DNA from: Candidatus Uhrbacteria bacterium GW2011_GWF2_39_13
GTDB taxonomy: Bacteria > Patescibacteriota > Patescibacteriia > UBA9934 > GWF2-40-263
Reading direction: 5' to 3'
Length of the DNA stretch: 59,900 bases
NCBI GenBank assembly: GCA_000993535.1
Contig: LBWG01000008.1
Location: 1 to 59,900 of the forward strand
Part shown: one piece after another, positions 9,161 to 18,479 of the stretch
How positions within the stretch are numbered: position 1 is the stretch's first letter
Layout: every line of letters starts with the position of its first letter
Position numbers and translations under genes: made by a program
The notes under the pieces: generated by a model
The model's input: the letters and a program-made list of their open reading frames with translations, nothing else
Told to the model about the DNA's origin: nothing
The model's database searches: none

Positions 9161-10147
9161 CTACCATTTTACGATGACTCCAAGATACTTTTCCTGATTT
9201 AATGTAAGGGCATTGTAGACCTTTATAATGTCAGAGTAATCGAACCTGTGACTTATAAGGTCCTTTACAATTAGTTTTTTATTGCAAAGAAGCTTGATTA
9301 TTAAATTGATGTCATCCTGTCTGGTCCAGCATCCATGAAAAGAATTGTGAGGCAGAGTATTTCTTGCATGTGCGCCTATAATGGAAATTCCTCTGTAATG
9401 GATGTCAGAATAAAAATTTATTTTACTCTCTTCGTCCCGAGGAGAGCCTAACAGTATAATTTTTCCCATATCTTTAACGATTTTAGATGCTTCTAAAATA
9501 GCAGAGGAAGTTTCCACCGCGACAATTACAATATCAGCATATTTATCTGAAATAAGCGTCCTGATTTTTTCCTGTAAATTATCCTTTGAGACATTTATGC
9601 TGTAATCCGCCCCTGACGACAGGGCGGTTTTCAATCTCAGGTCGGATATATCAACGGCAATCACCGGAAATGCTCCATTCATCCGGGCAAAACGTGTTGC
9701 CAAAAGTCCGATAAGGCCCTGTCCTATGATAGCTATCTTACTTCCCAATTCGATATTTGATTTTCTTATTCCCTGAAGGGAAATGGAAGCCAGTAATGAA
9801 AAAACGGCATCTTCGGAAGACAAATTTTGGGGGATGTTAAATGAACTTTCTACCGGGACAATAACATGAGACGCGTGGATACCGTAGGAAACAACACGGT
9901 CCCCTATTTTCAGTGACTTTACATTTTTACCCTTTTTGATAATTTCACCGGCGTTTAAATATCCCGGAAACACGGGAAATTGTTTCTTTGTGTTGGGCGC
10001 TCCCCGTAAAATCGCTATTTCTGTCCCTGAACTGATCAAGGTATTTACAGTCTTAACTAGAATTTCATTTTCTTTCAATTCCGGAATTTTGAATTTTTCA
10101 ATATCAACTTTTCCTTTTTCCGGAAAAACAACTCTGTATCCGTTCAT
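9161..10147 (-). CDS. MDR-family (zinc-binding-type) dehydrogenase
   Basis: GroES-like N-terminus (ISSGTE, PGY) and Rossmann GQGLIG; the canonical C/GHE zinc ligands are not evident. Confidence 0.8.
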   Translation of the reverse strand: MNGYRVVFPEKGKVDIEKFKIPELKENEILVKTVNTLISSGTEIAILRGAPNTKKQFPVFPGYLNAGEIIKKGKNVKSLKIGDRVVSYGIHASHVIVPVESSFNIPQNLSSEDAVFSLLASISLQGIRKSNIELGSKIAIIGQGLIGLLATRFARMNGAFPVIAVDISDLRLKTALSSGADYSINVSKDNLQEKIRTLISDKYADIVIVAVETSSAILEASKIVKDMGKIILLGSPRDEESKINFYSDIHYRGISIIGAHARNTLPHNSFHGCWTRQDDINLIIKLLCNKKLIVKDLISHRFDYSDIIKVYNALTLNQEKYLGVIVKW

Positions 10148-10201
10148 TTTGGTTCTCCTTTTTTCATTTTTTTAAAGTTTGCAATGTCACATGTATTTCT
10201 G

Positions 10202-11944
10202 TCATAATTTCCCGCATGCTTTCAACAGCAATTCGACATCACTCTCTTTCGGGTCATTCACTAAAAGCAACGCCAGGTCCAAAAGCGTAAATGATGTATT
10301 CGAAATCAAATCTACTTGATTATGTCCGGTTTTAAGTAATTTTGCAGGTACACTGTAACTTGTCAGGTCGCCGTCTCTGGTCATGAAATCGATAATTTCA
10401 CCATTGATTTTTACAGTCAAATCTGAAGGAACTATATTCCTGCTGTAAAAAAACATTACTCCGAACATCTTATCATTATTGATTTTTCCCAGATATATCG
10501 GCAAAGAAAGAGTGCTTTGCGGAGATAATGTTATTGGTGTTACCGGAGTAAGCAACGGTAGATTTCTGTACTGAACCCCTCCCTTCAAATAATTTCCGGG
10601 ACTGGCCTTGAGATATGAAACAAAGTGAAGTTTATTTTTTGTAGAAAGTATTTCAGGACTGTCAATTTCGCATAAATAGCGTTTTATTCGCAATTTGTTT
10701 AAATCGGCTTCATTGAAAATATAAATTCCCCCAACGCCACCGGCCCAGGCTTCAGCGGCACGAGCCCTGTATCCCAAAAGGGTACGGCGCAGCAGCAATT
10801 CATGTTCTTTTTCTTTAGAGTGATAACTTCGAATTCGCGGCTCTTCAAGCCCGGCATAAATTTTAACATTGTACTTTCGGCATGCATTTACCATATAATC
10901 CCATGCGTTTAAATTGAAGTATCCTCCGGCAATTATAATATCCACTATTTTTTTTTGCATCCAGTGCTCCAGATCAATTCCGATTTCTTTACAGTATGGG
11001 ATAGAATCAGGGACCCGGACAGCTAACAATACAGCCCTGCCCTTTTTAATACTGACACGTTCAGTCATGTCATGAATTTTTTGAATAGTTTCGCTGAGCA
11101 TAGCCCGTTCCAGATCTCCAGCCTGACCGCCAAGCACTACTTTTTTAAATAAGTAAAGGTGACGGAAAAAATCCAGTTCTACTCCATCCACGTCATAATT
11201 TTCACAGACCTCACTAACGTATTTAACGAGTAATTCACGGATTTCCGGGTACTCGAAGTTAACAGCGCTCCACCGTCCGAACGGTAATTGCTGACCACAC
11301 TCCCCCATTAAATATTCAGGATGCTTTTCTTTTAATTTCAGCCAATAAGGCCATGGCTTGTCAGGACGATGAACAAAGTCGTGAGTATCATTTATGCGTA
11401 AAGACCACCATATTTCAAACCCGTTGGCGTGAGCAAATTTAACGACTTCCTTCAAAGGATCGGTTTTTAATTTGATGAATTCTGACGTGGCGTTGATATA
11501 TTTCGATGTCGAATGCGGCTGAGACATAGATTCACCGACTTTAGTGGAATGCATGAAAAGTCCGAATGTCCCGGTAGAATACGAAATAGTATTTACATGG
11601 GAATCTTTTAATTTGGCAATGCGCAGTTCAAAAAACTTATCTATACTGAAGGGTAATTTATCTTGAGGATAAGCACGGACATCATCGCCATCGTCATTGA
11701 AAATAATCGCACGATGGCGTTCAAGGGCTTGCTGACGCAGTTCCGAATATTCAGTTTTTGCCGCAGATGTTTTCTGTGTGGCCTCTTGAGAGGATAAATT
11801 CCAAGACAGTGTAGCTGATAAGACAAAAATGAAGCTGAAATTATTTAAAACTTTAAATTTTTCTTTACAATTTAGCATTTCTAACCTCTGTTGAAATATT
11901 CTTTTGTTGCACAGTAAACAATCATATTGTTTATTATATAACAA
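10202..11944 (-). CDS. Secreted glycoside-hydrolase-like TIM-barrel protein (GHL10/DUF187-like)
   Basis: Signal-like hydrophobic segment; IIFNDDGDD, SLRINDTHD and NYDVDGVELDFFRH motifs. The true start may be ~11878. Confidence 0.7.
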   Translation of the reverse strand: MLYNKQYDCLLCNKRIFQQRLEMLNCKEKFKVLNNFSFIFVLSATLSWNLSSQEATQKTSAAKTEYSELRQQALERHRAIIFNDDGDDVRAYPQDKLPFSIDKFFELRIAKLKDSHVNTISYSTGTFGLFMHSTKVGESMSQPHSTSKYINATSEFIKLKTDPLKEVVKFAHANGFEIWWSLRINDTHDFVHRPDKPWPYWLKLKEKHPEYLMGECGQQLPFGRWSAVNFEYPEIRELLVKYVSEVCENYDVDGVELDFFRHLYLFKKVVLGGQAGDLERAMLSETIQKIHDMTERVSIKKGRAVLLAVRVPDSIPYCKEIGIDLEHWMQKKIVDIIIAGGYFNLNAWDYMVNACRKYNVKIYAGLEEPRIRSYHSKEKEHELLLRRTLLGYRARAAEAWAGGVGGIYIFNEADLNKLRIKRYLCEIDSPEILSTKNKLHFVSYLKASPGNYLKGGVQYRNLPLLTPVTPITLSPQSTLSLPIYLGKINNDKMFGVMFFYSRNIVPSDLTVKINGEIIDFMTRDGDLTSYSVPAKLLKTGHNQVDLISNTSFTLLDLALLLVNDPKESDVELLLKACGKL

Positions 11945-12014
11945 TAAAAAATAAAAAACAAGATAATAATCAAAAACTCTTTAACAAAAATATTATAAAT
12001 TCTAATGATTTATA

Positions 12015-13343
12015 TCAATTGAGCCTCTTAAAGCCGGAATGAGCTACTGGTCCTCTTAATTTTTCTGAAATTTTATCAACTTTCATATCATGAGATATTT
12101 GGGAAAAGACAACTTCTACCGCTTCAGAATAGAGTTTCACTATAGTTTCGGTATGCGCCAAGGTAGGATAGAGAAACGGGGTAGCCAGAAAACCTTGTTT
12201 CAGCATATATTGCACAAAAAGTGTTTTTAATTCATTCTCTTTTTCATGCTTGAAATTAAACTTTGCGAAACATGGGGAACATTCTGGAATTACTATAGGC
12301 AATGAATATTTCTGTGCGCTGTTTTTCCACGAAGAAACTACAGTATTGCCGATTTTTGCCACATATTCGGGAATATTGATGCGGCTCATTTTATCAAGGA
12401 CCGAAAGCGCGGCAGCCGGCCCTGTTCTTTCTGTCCAGTAGGTACTGCTGATAAAAGATTTCTGTGCGCCTTCCATTGCATTGGCTGTTCCTATGACTGC
12501 ACCGATAGGATGTCCGTTTCCAAGTGCTTTTGCAAAAACAGCCATGTCAGGATTCACCCCAAGTTTCAGATGTGAACCTCCAAAGCATAAACGCCAGCCT
12601 ATTGTTATCTCATCAAATATCAGGACAGTTCCATTCTTTTCTGTGATTTCCCTTATCTTTTCAAGAAAATTATTTTCCGGCATGGAATATTTGCATGGCT
12701 CCATAACAACAGCCGCAAGACGCTTACCGTATTTCTTTACAATATTTTCAAACTGTTCCATATTGTTATAAGAAAAAGCAACTGTTGTGTTTCGAAGTTC
12801 CACTGGTACTCCGATAGGCTCAAGCCCTGGAAGCAGATGCCCTCTGAGGCTGTCATCAGCGCCTAGATTTGCGGCCAGATACCAGTCGTGCCATCCGTGA
12901 TAACCGCATACGGCGATAACTGATCTATCGGTGCTGGCCCTGGCGATGCGAACAGCTACAGTCATTGCTTCGCCGCCTGACCTTGTAAAACGAACATTCT
13001 CAGCCCATGGATGTATTCCGCACAATTTGTCCGCAAGATATACTTCTTCGGGCGGATTTAAAGAACACATCGAACCGTTGTCAATTGAGGATTTCACAGC
13101 ATTGCTTACATCAATATCATTAAACCCCAGAAGGCACGCGCCAATACCATTTGTTGACATATCATAATAGTGATTTCCGTCCAAATCCCAGACTTCGCAA
13201 CCGGATGCTTTGCTGTAATATGCTGGCCATTGTCCGGGAGCATACAGTTCAGGCCTTTTGCTCAACAACTGTGTGCCGCCTGGAATTATTTTTTTTGCAT
13301 GTTCATAAAGCTCCTGCGTTACAGGTGATTTGTTTTCATTCAT
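12015..13343 (-). CDS. Class III PLP aminotransferase, glutamate-1-semialdehyde aminomutase-like (not the housekeeping HemL)
   Basis: IPGGTQLLSKRPE, YHGWHDW, LIFDEITIGWR and the PLP lysine in FAKALGNG. Confidence 0.85.
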   Translation of the reverse strand: MNENKSPVTQELYEHAKKIIPGGTQLLSKRPELYAPGQWPAYYSKASGCEVWDLDGNHYYDMSTNGIGACLLGFNDIDVSNAVKSSIDNGSMCSLNPPEEVYLADKLCGIHPWAENVRFTRSGGEAMTVAVRIARASTDRSVIAVCGYHGWHDWYLAANLGADDSLRGHLLPGLEPIGVPVELRNTTVAFSYNNMEQFENIVKKYGKRLAAVVMEPCKYSMPENNFLEKIREITEKNGTVLIFDEITIGWRLCFGGSHLKLGVNPDMAVFAKALGNGHPIGAVIGTANAMEGAQKSFISSTYWTERTGPAAALSVLDKMSRINIPEYVAKIGNTVVSSWKNSAQKYSLPIVIPECSPCFAKFNFKHEKENELKTLFVQYMLKQGFLATPFLYPTLAHTETIVKLYSEAVEVVFSQISHDMKVDKISEKLRGPVAHSGFKRLN

Positions 13344-14346
13344 GTTTTGTTTTTCCCTTCATCTTTAAACATTTGAAAAAAGATTGTGCATTATTATAAA
13401 AAATATCTTTAATGGCTTCCGGCCCTAATCCCAATATTTCAGCAGCCTGCCGTTGCGCCCGCAATTGTTCATATATGACAAAAGTTGGTTCAGGATTGCA
13501 ATGTTCCAGAGATACATTTCCCTTGTAACCTTCCCATGCATGCGCATAAGTGATATATTTGCCTCTCATGCAGCCGGCGGCGACATTGTCGGATCCGAAC
13601 ATTATCCTCTTTATATTTTCATGTCTGAGCAAAATTATATGAGAATATAAATCATTTACAGCGGAAGTATCATACCATATATTGGGTATATCTTTAAGTT
13701 CGTGTATTGCCTTTTCAAGAGTAAAAGGATTGAATGCCCTTGCGCAGTGGGCAAGTACCCATTGCACAAGTGGATACTTTTTTGTATATTCGCGCAGATC
13801 ATTCAAGTTATATTTATCGTTTATTCCTGACTTTTTTGAAATGTGCAGGACTATTCCCAACGCAAGTGAGTTTGCCATATCAATTACAGGTTCGGGAAGA
13901 AAATCTTTTATACGGGAGTTGGCTGGATCCTTCGCAAAAACACGATATGGTTTTAATATTTTAAAAGCATATTTCTTAACTTGTTTTTCCAGATAATCAG
14001 GACTCATTTCAGGTGTTACAACCATGCCGGCATAAGATTTTTTTTCTTTGATTACCTCCCCGGCAACCCACGAGTTATGAGCGTCCATGTCAATATTTTT
14101 CAGCGGCGTTCCCAATGCCAGAAAATCTATCTGTCGGTCAGGAAAGATTTTTTCAGAAATTTTTCTGAGTGTTTTCATGTTCACTTCCATACGCAATGGC
14201 GAAGTATTATTCCGGTTTCTCCCTTTGTGTTTTTCCGCCCAAAGGTGCGTATGAAAGTCAAAAATGCGGCTGGGAACAAAATTTTCCAATTCAGTTTCCC
14301 ATATAGCTCTGTCGATATTACGAATATTAAAGGAAGTGTTTTTCAT
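13336..14346 (-). CDS. Amidohydrolase family protein (Amidohydro_2)
   Basis: DFHTH metal motif, LAHCAR, WYDTSA, MFGSD and IFYNNA; start refined to MKNTSF. Confidence 0.85.
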   Translation of the reverse strand: MKNTSFNIRNIDRAIWETELENFVPSRIFDFHTHLWAEKHKGRNRNNTSPLRMEVNMKTLRKISEKIFPDRQIDFLALGTPLKNIDMDAHNSWVAGEVIKEKKSYAGMVVTPEMSPDYLEKQVKKYAFKILKPYRVFAKDPANSRIKDFLPEPVIDMANSLALGIVLHISKKSGINDKYNLNDLREYTKKYPLVQWVLAHCARAFNPFTLEKAIHELKDIPNIWYDTSAVNDLYSHIILLRHENIKRIMFGSDNVAAGCMRGKYITYAHAWEGYKGNVSLEHCNPEPTFVIYEQLRAQRQAAEILGLGPEAIKDIFYNNAQSFFKCLKMKGKTKHE

Positions 14347-14353
14347 AATTGCT

Positions 14354-15142
14354 CTATTTTGCGGTATATCCGCCGTCAACTGGTATATTGGTACCGGTTA
14401 TATACAATGACGCGTCAGATGCAAGGAATACCAGTATCCCTTTCAAATCGCTTGCATTTGCCATCCTTCCAAGCTGGGTCCTGCCGCTGTAATTTTTCAC
14501 AAAGACAGGATCGTGCGTTTTCTCAAGAAGCCCTCCGGGAGAAATGCAGTTTACTCTTATGTTGTATTGGCCTAATATACTTGCGGCCCAGCGGGTAAAA
14601 TTTATCATGCCGCCTTTCTCGTAAAAATAAATCGGAGACGGATTTGGATGCATATCGGTGCCTTCATAGTTTGCCATTTCAACTCCTACCATTCCCATCA
14701 TTGAAGCGATGTTTATGATTGAACCGTTTTCCTGCTTTTTCATTTCATCGCCAAAAACGCGTGTAATAGTAAAAAGAGCGGATGCGTTGACATGGAGGCT
14801 TCTGTCAAAATCCTCCATTTTCTGCTCCCATCCATTCATGGCGCAACGGATTACAGCGTTATTAATAAGGACATCTATTTTGCCGCTTCGGCTTATGATA
14901 TTGTCCCTGAGTTCCATTATGGAATTTTCAGATTCCAAATTAAGTTTCATTGCGATGACATTGTATCCTCTTGAATTTTCCTCGGCGGCTACTTTTCCCA
15001 AGGCCACGATATTTCTTGACGCGATGTAAGTTTCAGCTCCCGCTTCCGCCAAAGCGGACACGAACTGACGCCCGTATTTCCCCGCCCCTCCGGTCAGCAA
15101 TGCGACTTTTCCCTTGAGAGAAAAACTTTCCATGACATTCAT
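14354..15142 (-). CDS. SDR family oxidoreductase
   Basis: TGGAGKYG, NNA, YFYEKGG (YxxxK) and VDGG. Confidence 0.9.
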   Translation of the reverse strand: MNVMESFSLKGKVALLTGGAGKYGRQFVSALAEAGAETYIASRNIVALGKVAAEENSRGYNVIAMKLNLESENSIMELRDNIISRSGKIDVLINNAVIRCAMNGWEQKMEDFDRSLHVNASALFTITRVFGDEMKKQENGSIINIASMMGMVGVEMANYEGTDMHPNPSPIYFYEKGGMINFTRWAASILGQYNIRVNCISPGGLLEKTHDPVFVKNYSGRTQLGRMANASDLKGILVFLASDASLYITGTNIPVDGGYTAK

Positions 15143-15165
15143 AGCTATCCTTATATTTAAGATAA

Positions 15166-16110
15166 TTAAATCCTGACAATTCGGCCGTTCTTTTCCCTGC
15201 TTTCAATCCCCCCTATGACAAGGCGCATCAGTTCATCAGTTTCGCTGAAGGCAAAGGGATATTCACCCGTCCGTAAAAAGTCGATGAAAGCCTGTAACTG
15301 TGCTTTGAAGGAATAAAAAGTGTCAAATGTTTTTATTGACACATTCCCATCTGTTCCGCATAGATTTAACGCGGCACCGTATTGCATATCTTTAATACAT
15401 GCAATAACTACATCAATGCCCTTGCGATGGGTTATGTGAACTATGTTGCGTTCGTAAGAACCAATATTTTGAATAGTTTCAAACCCTGGGCCGAGAATCG
15501 GATAGATGGCTTCAAGGGCATGAATGCCGTAGGTCTCCCACTTTTTCGCCATCGGCATGGAAATGAAACGGAGCTGTCCGAATTCTTCAGTCCTCATGTG
15601 ATAGGGTTTTATTTCCTTCGCATAACGCATCGCGCTTGAAGACATTATCGGTCTTTTCTCCTCAAGTATCCATTTTCTGAATGTTTCAAGGTCTCTTTTG
15701 TTATCGCAAAGAGGTTTGTCTATGAAGACGGGAATACCCGCTTCCACAAAAGATTTTGCCCTTTTTACATGTTCACTTCCTATATCAATACCAATAATAA
15801 CTCCATCAATGTTTCCAATGAAATCTTCCGGCTTATCAACTACATCCGGTATCAGTGAACATTTTGCAACGTGCTCCGCGTCGGATTTCTTATCGCAGAA
15901 TATATGGGTTACGTTCGATCCTTTTATTCTTAAAGTGTCTTTCGGTTCCTTGTTCAGATAAGCCGGGATTCCTGCGAACGGGCACTTTGCCATTTTTTCA
16001 GAATCATACCCGTTGAAAATAGCGCTCCAGGAATAAGGATGCCCATTGCCTTCGGTCATTCCTATCATTCCGAGTTTTATGTTTTCAGTATCTTTTACAA
16101 GAGCATTCAT
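15166..16110 (-). CDS. Gfo/Idh/MocA family oxidoreductase
   Basis: GMIG-x3-GNGHPYSWSAI, FIDKP and YGIH. Confidence 0.8.
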   Translation of the reverse strand: MNALVKDTENIKLGMIGMTEGNGHPYSWSAIFNGYDSEKMAKCPFAGIPAYLNKEPKDTLRIKGSNVTHIFCDKKSDAEHVAKCSLIPDVVDKPEDFIGNIDGVIIGIDIGSEHVKRAKSFVEAGIPVFIDKPLCDNKRDLETFRKWILEEKRPIMSSSAMRYAKEIKPYHMRTEEFGQLRFISMPMAKKWETYGIHALEAIYPILGPGFETIQNIGSYERNIVHITHRKGIDVVIACIKDMQYGAALNLCGTDGNVSIKTFDTFYSFKAQLQAFIDFLRTGEYPFAFSETDELMRLVIGGIESREKNGRIVRI

Positions 16111-16129
16111 CCTGCCTCGTTTCAGGCTG

Positions 16130-16906
16130 TTATTTCATGAGACATGCGGCTTCGGCCAACTTTCTACCGACCGTTTTTGTTTTCTCTATCAGTTCTTTCT
16201 CCCTAGTCGGAGTATATCTGCATGCTGGATAAATAATACCTATGCAGGCACCGGCCCAGACATCCAGATGTTTGACGGGAACGGCAATACTGTGTATGCC
16301 CGCCTCCTTTTCTCCATGATCTGTCGAATACCCAGCCTCTTTTATTCTTTTGAGTTCTTTTTTAATTTCATCCACTTTTCTCCCGGTATTTTTCGCGGCT
16401 TCAAGCTGTGTTTTATCCTTGAAATATTTTACGATATATTCATCATCGTTATGTGCGAGGAGGCATTTTCCCAAGGCATCATAGAGGGTCGGCCTTGTTC
16501 TGCTTAGATCAACACTGCATCTTAACATGGAAAAAGCGTCCTCTGTATCCAGAAAAAACATATCGTAGGATTCTATGGCAGCCAAAACAGCTGTTTCTCC
16601 GGTTATATCCCTGAGTTCTTTCAGGAAGGGTATGGCCATTCTCCTGAAAGGCATGGCAGATTGCTTGCTCATTCCAAGCCTGAAAAGTTTTAATCCGAGC
16701 ATATATCTGACCGGGCTACTGGTCTTAATTATAAAACCGTTGTTTTCGAGTGTTTCCAAGATTCTGAACACTGAACTTTTCTCAAGCTTGAATATGGCCG
16801 AGATATCGCTCAGCCTTATGCCATCCGGATGCCTGCCTATTTCTTCGAGAAGCGACAACGCTTTAGCCACTGAATATATAGGGCCTGCCAAATCTTCTTT
16901 TTCCAT
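16130..16906 (-). CDS. IclR family transcriptional regulator
   Basis: SVAKALSLLE, KSSVFRILETL HTH, ALGKCLLA and GYSTD-x2-E-x3-GI-x-SIAVP. Confidence 0.93.
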   Translation of the reverse strand: MEKEDLAGPIYSVAKALSLLEEIGRHPDGIRLSDISAIFKLEKSSVFRILETLENNGFIIKTSSPVRYMLGLKLFRLGMSKQSAMPFRRMAIPFLKELRDITGETAVLAAIESYDMFFLDTEDAFSMLRCSVDLSRTRPTLYDALGKCLLAHNDDEYIVKYFKDKTQLEAAKNTGRKVDEIKKELKRIKEAGYSTDHGEKEAGIHSIAVPVKHLDVWAGACIGIIYPACRYTPTREKELIEKTKTVGRKLAEAACLMK

Positions 16907-16928
16907 AAAAATCTGTCTTTCTTGTTAA

Positions 16929-17921
16929 CTATTTTTCTATAATATACGGAGTTAAATACGGATTTGATAATTTTACTGCGTTTTTATTTCTCTTCAACTG
17001 AATGCTTTTTATTTTTTTGCCGCATTTAAGAGCAATGACAAGAACGCTTGAAGTCATTCCTACGACCTCGTCTATGGCGCTGAGTAGCAAGCTTAAGTCC
17101 ACATTTTCCACTATGGTATAATCAAATTCGTGTATTTGGGAATGTTTAGAGATAAAACTGTTTATAATGCCGTTCCTATGTCGAGGGTGAGGTTTTATTA
17201 AAATTCTCGCATCGCGGTAATTCATGTCGTTGAAGAAATATTCAACTGTGCTGAATTCATTGAAGCCTAGAAAAGGTCTTCCATCTTTCAAGCATCCCAA
17301 ATCTTCGTCCAGCGGCTCTAATGCCAGTAGAACAAGTTTTTTATTTAACGGATTTAGTTTTCCTCTGAAATCTTGTACAATTTTTTCAGACATATTCCTG
17401 ATTAATGAAACCGTTTTTTCAATGCCGCGATGTTCTGTAATTATAATATTTTCGAAGAATGAATTATCGTCTACAAACAATGAAAGCTCTTTTATCAGAT
17501 CGGCTTTGGCAATTTCGTCCATTATGAAAATCGTGTCAGTGAGATGTAGCCGCAAATCATCCCTGTCCTGAAAACAGTTTAAGTAATTGCCCCAGTAATC
17601 AAATAGAAAAACAGTATGCAATTTCTGGTTTTTACAAAAGTCAATCATTTGAAAGTTCAGCTTGAAATTAACCTGTGCGCATATTATTACGCAATCTCTT
17701 TTATTTTTTTCAGCTTTACTTCTGAAAGTTTTCGAGTCAATAAATGGCAAATTTTTTCCTTTTTTTTCCCTACACCAGCCATCGAAAATCCAAACTGTTT
17801 CTTTACCTTGTCTCGTCATGTCGTCATACATAGGCTCTGCCGCATAAAAAGCCCCTGGATCGCAGCAGTAAAAATAAATGCGCTTAAACCCCTCAAGAAA
17901 AATTTCATGATTTTTTCCCAT
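16929..17921 (-). CDS. GT-B-fold-like hypothetical protein (sialyltransferase/capsule-biosynthesis-like)
   Basis: DPGA, FDYWGNY, IKPHPRH and VVGMTSSVL motifs resemble proteins of surface-polysaccharide clusters. Confidence 0.5.
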   Translation of the reverse strand: MGKNHEIFLEGFKRIYFYCCDPGAFYAAEPMYDDMTRQGKETVWIFDGWCREKKGKNLPFIDSKTFRSKAEKNKRDCVIICAQVNFKLNFQMIDFCKNQKLHTVFLFDYWGNYLNCFQDRDDLRLHLTDTIFIMDEIAKADLIKELSLFVDDNSFFENIIITEHRGIEKTVSLIRNMSEKIVQDFRGKLNPLNKKLVLLALEPLDEDLGCLKDGRPFLGFNEFSTVEYFFNDMNYRDARILIKPHPRHRNGIINSFISKHSQIHEFDYTIVENVDLSLLLSAIDEVVGMTSSVLVIALKCGKKIKSIQLKRNKNAVKLSNPYLTPYIIEK

Positions 17922-17946
17922 AAACCGACATTACCTAATATTAAAG

Positions 17947-18001
17947 TTGCGCATTAAACAATTACATTGCACATTATATAACAATTAGTTTTTAAATGCA
18001 A
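17947..18001 (-). promoter_or_regulatory. Promoter of the IclR module (TTGCAT-N17-TATAAT) with direct-repeat operator candidate
   Basis: Minus-strand -35 at 17996-18001 and -10 at 17973-17978; direct repeats ttgcgcatta(17947)/ttgcacatta(17967). Confidence 0.55.
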
Positions 18002-18045
18002 GTGCAGTCCGATTAAAAAGTAGTAAAAAAATAGTCTGAAATAGT

Positions 18046-18466
18046 CGTGGTATCCAGAACCTCACTGACCTGCCGGCCTATCCAAATATTCAACTCGGAG
18101 ATTTGCCGGGCGGTTGACGCAGAATTTGAGACGTAAAACTTCAATTGAAAAATCGAACTTTGACAGAAAATCTGACATTTTACGAATCAGAGTATCTTGA
18201 AAATAAAAATCGAGGGCAAAAATGATAGAGAGAGCCATAAGTCCCTGAGGTCAAATCCAGCAAGATAAGAACGGCAGTTTTTTGAATTTGTGATAATCAC
18301 ATTGTAGTACAAGTTCGCAAGTTACGAATGCTCAAGCATCTTTCAAAAACAAACCTCCGTCCACTTTTTATCAAAATCATAAAATGACGAACAGCTGAAA
18401 GTTTGACGGATGAGTTGAGTTCAAATCAATCCGGCAAATTACAAGATTTAGTTTCTGGATACTACG
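18046..18466. mobile_element. MITE-like element (copy 2, apparently complete) with 14-bp imperfect terminal inverted repeats
   Basis: cgtggtatccagaa(18046-18059) vs ttctggatactacg(18453-18466), 13/14 match. No long ORF; subterminal hairpins; homologous to copies near 4.9 kb and 39.7 kb. Confidence 0.65.
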
Positions 18467-18479
18467 CCAGAATTATTCA

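Noticed and set aside
12015..13343. Calling this gene hemL
   Set aside because: Its motifs and context differ from housekeeping HemL, and a HemL-like C-terminus is present separately at 59806-59900.
18240..18400. Coding potential inside the MITE-like repeat
   Set aside because: All frames I tried contain stops in one or both long copies; no consistent conserved peptide.
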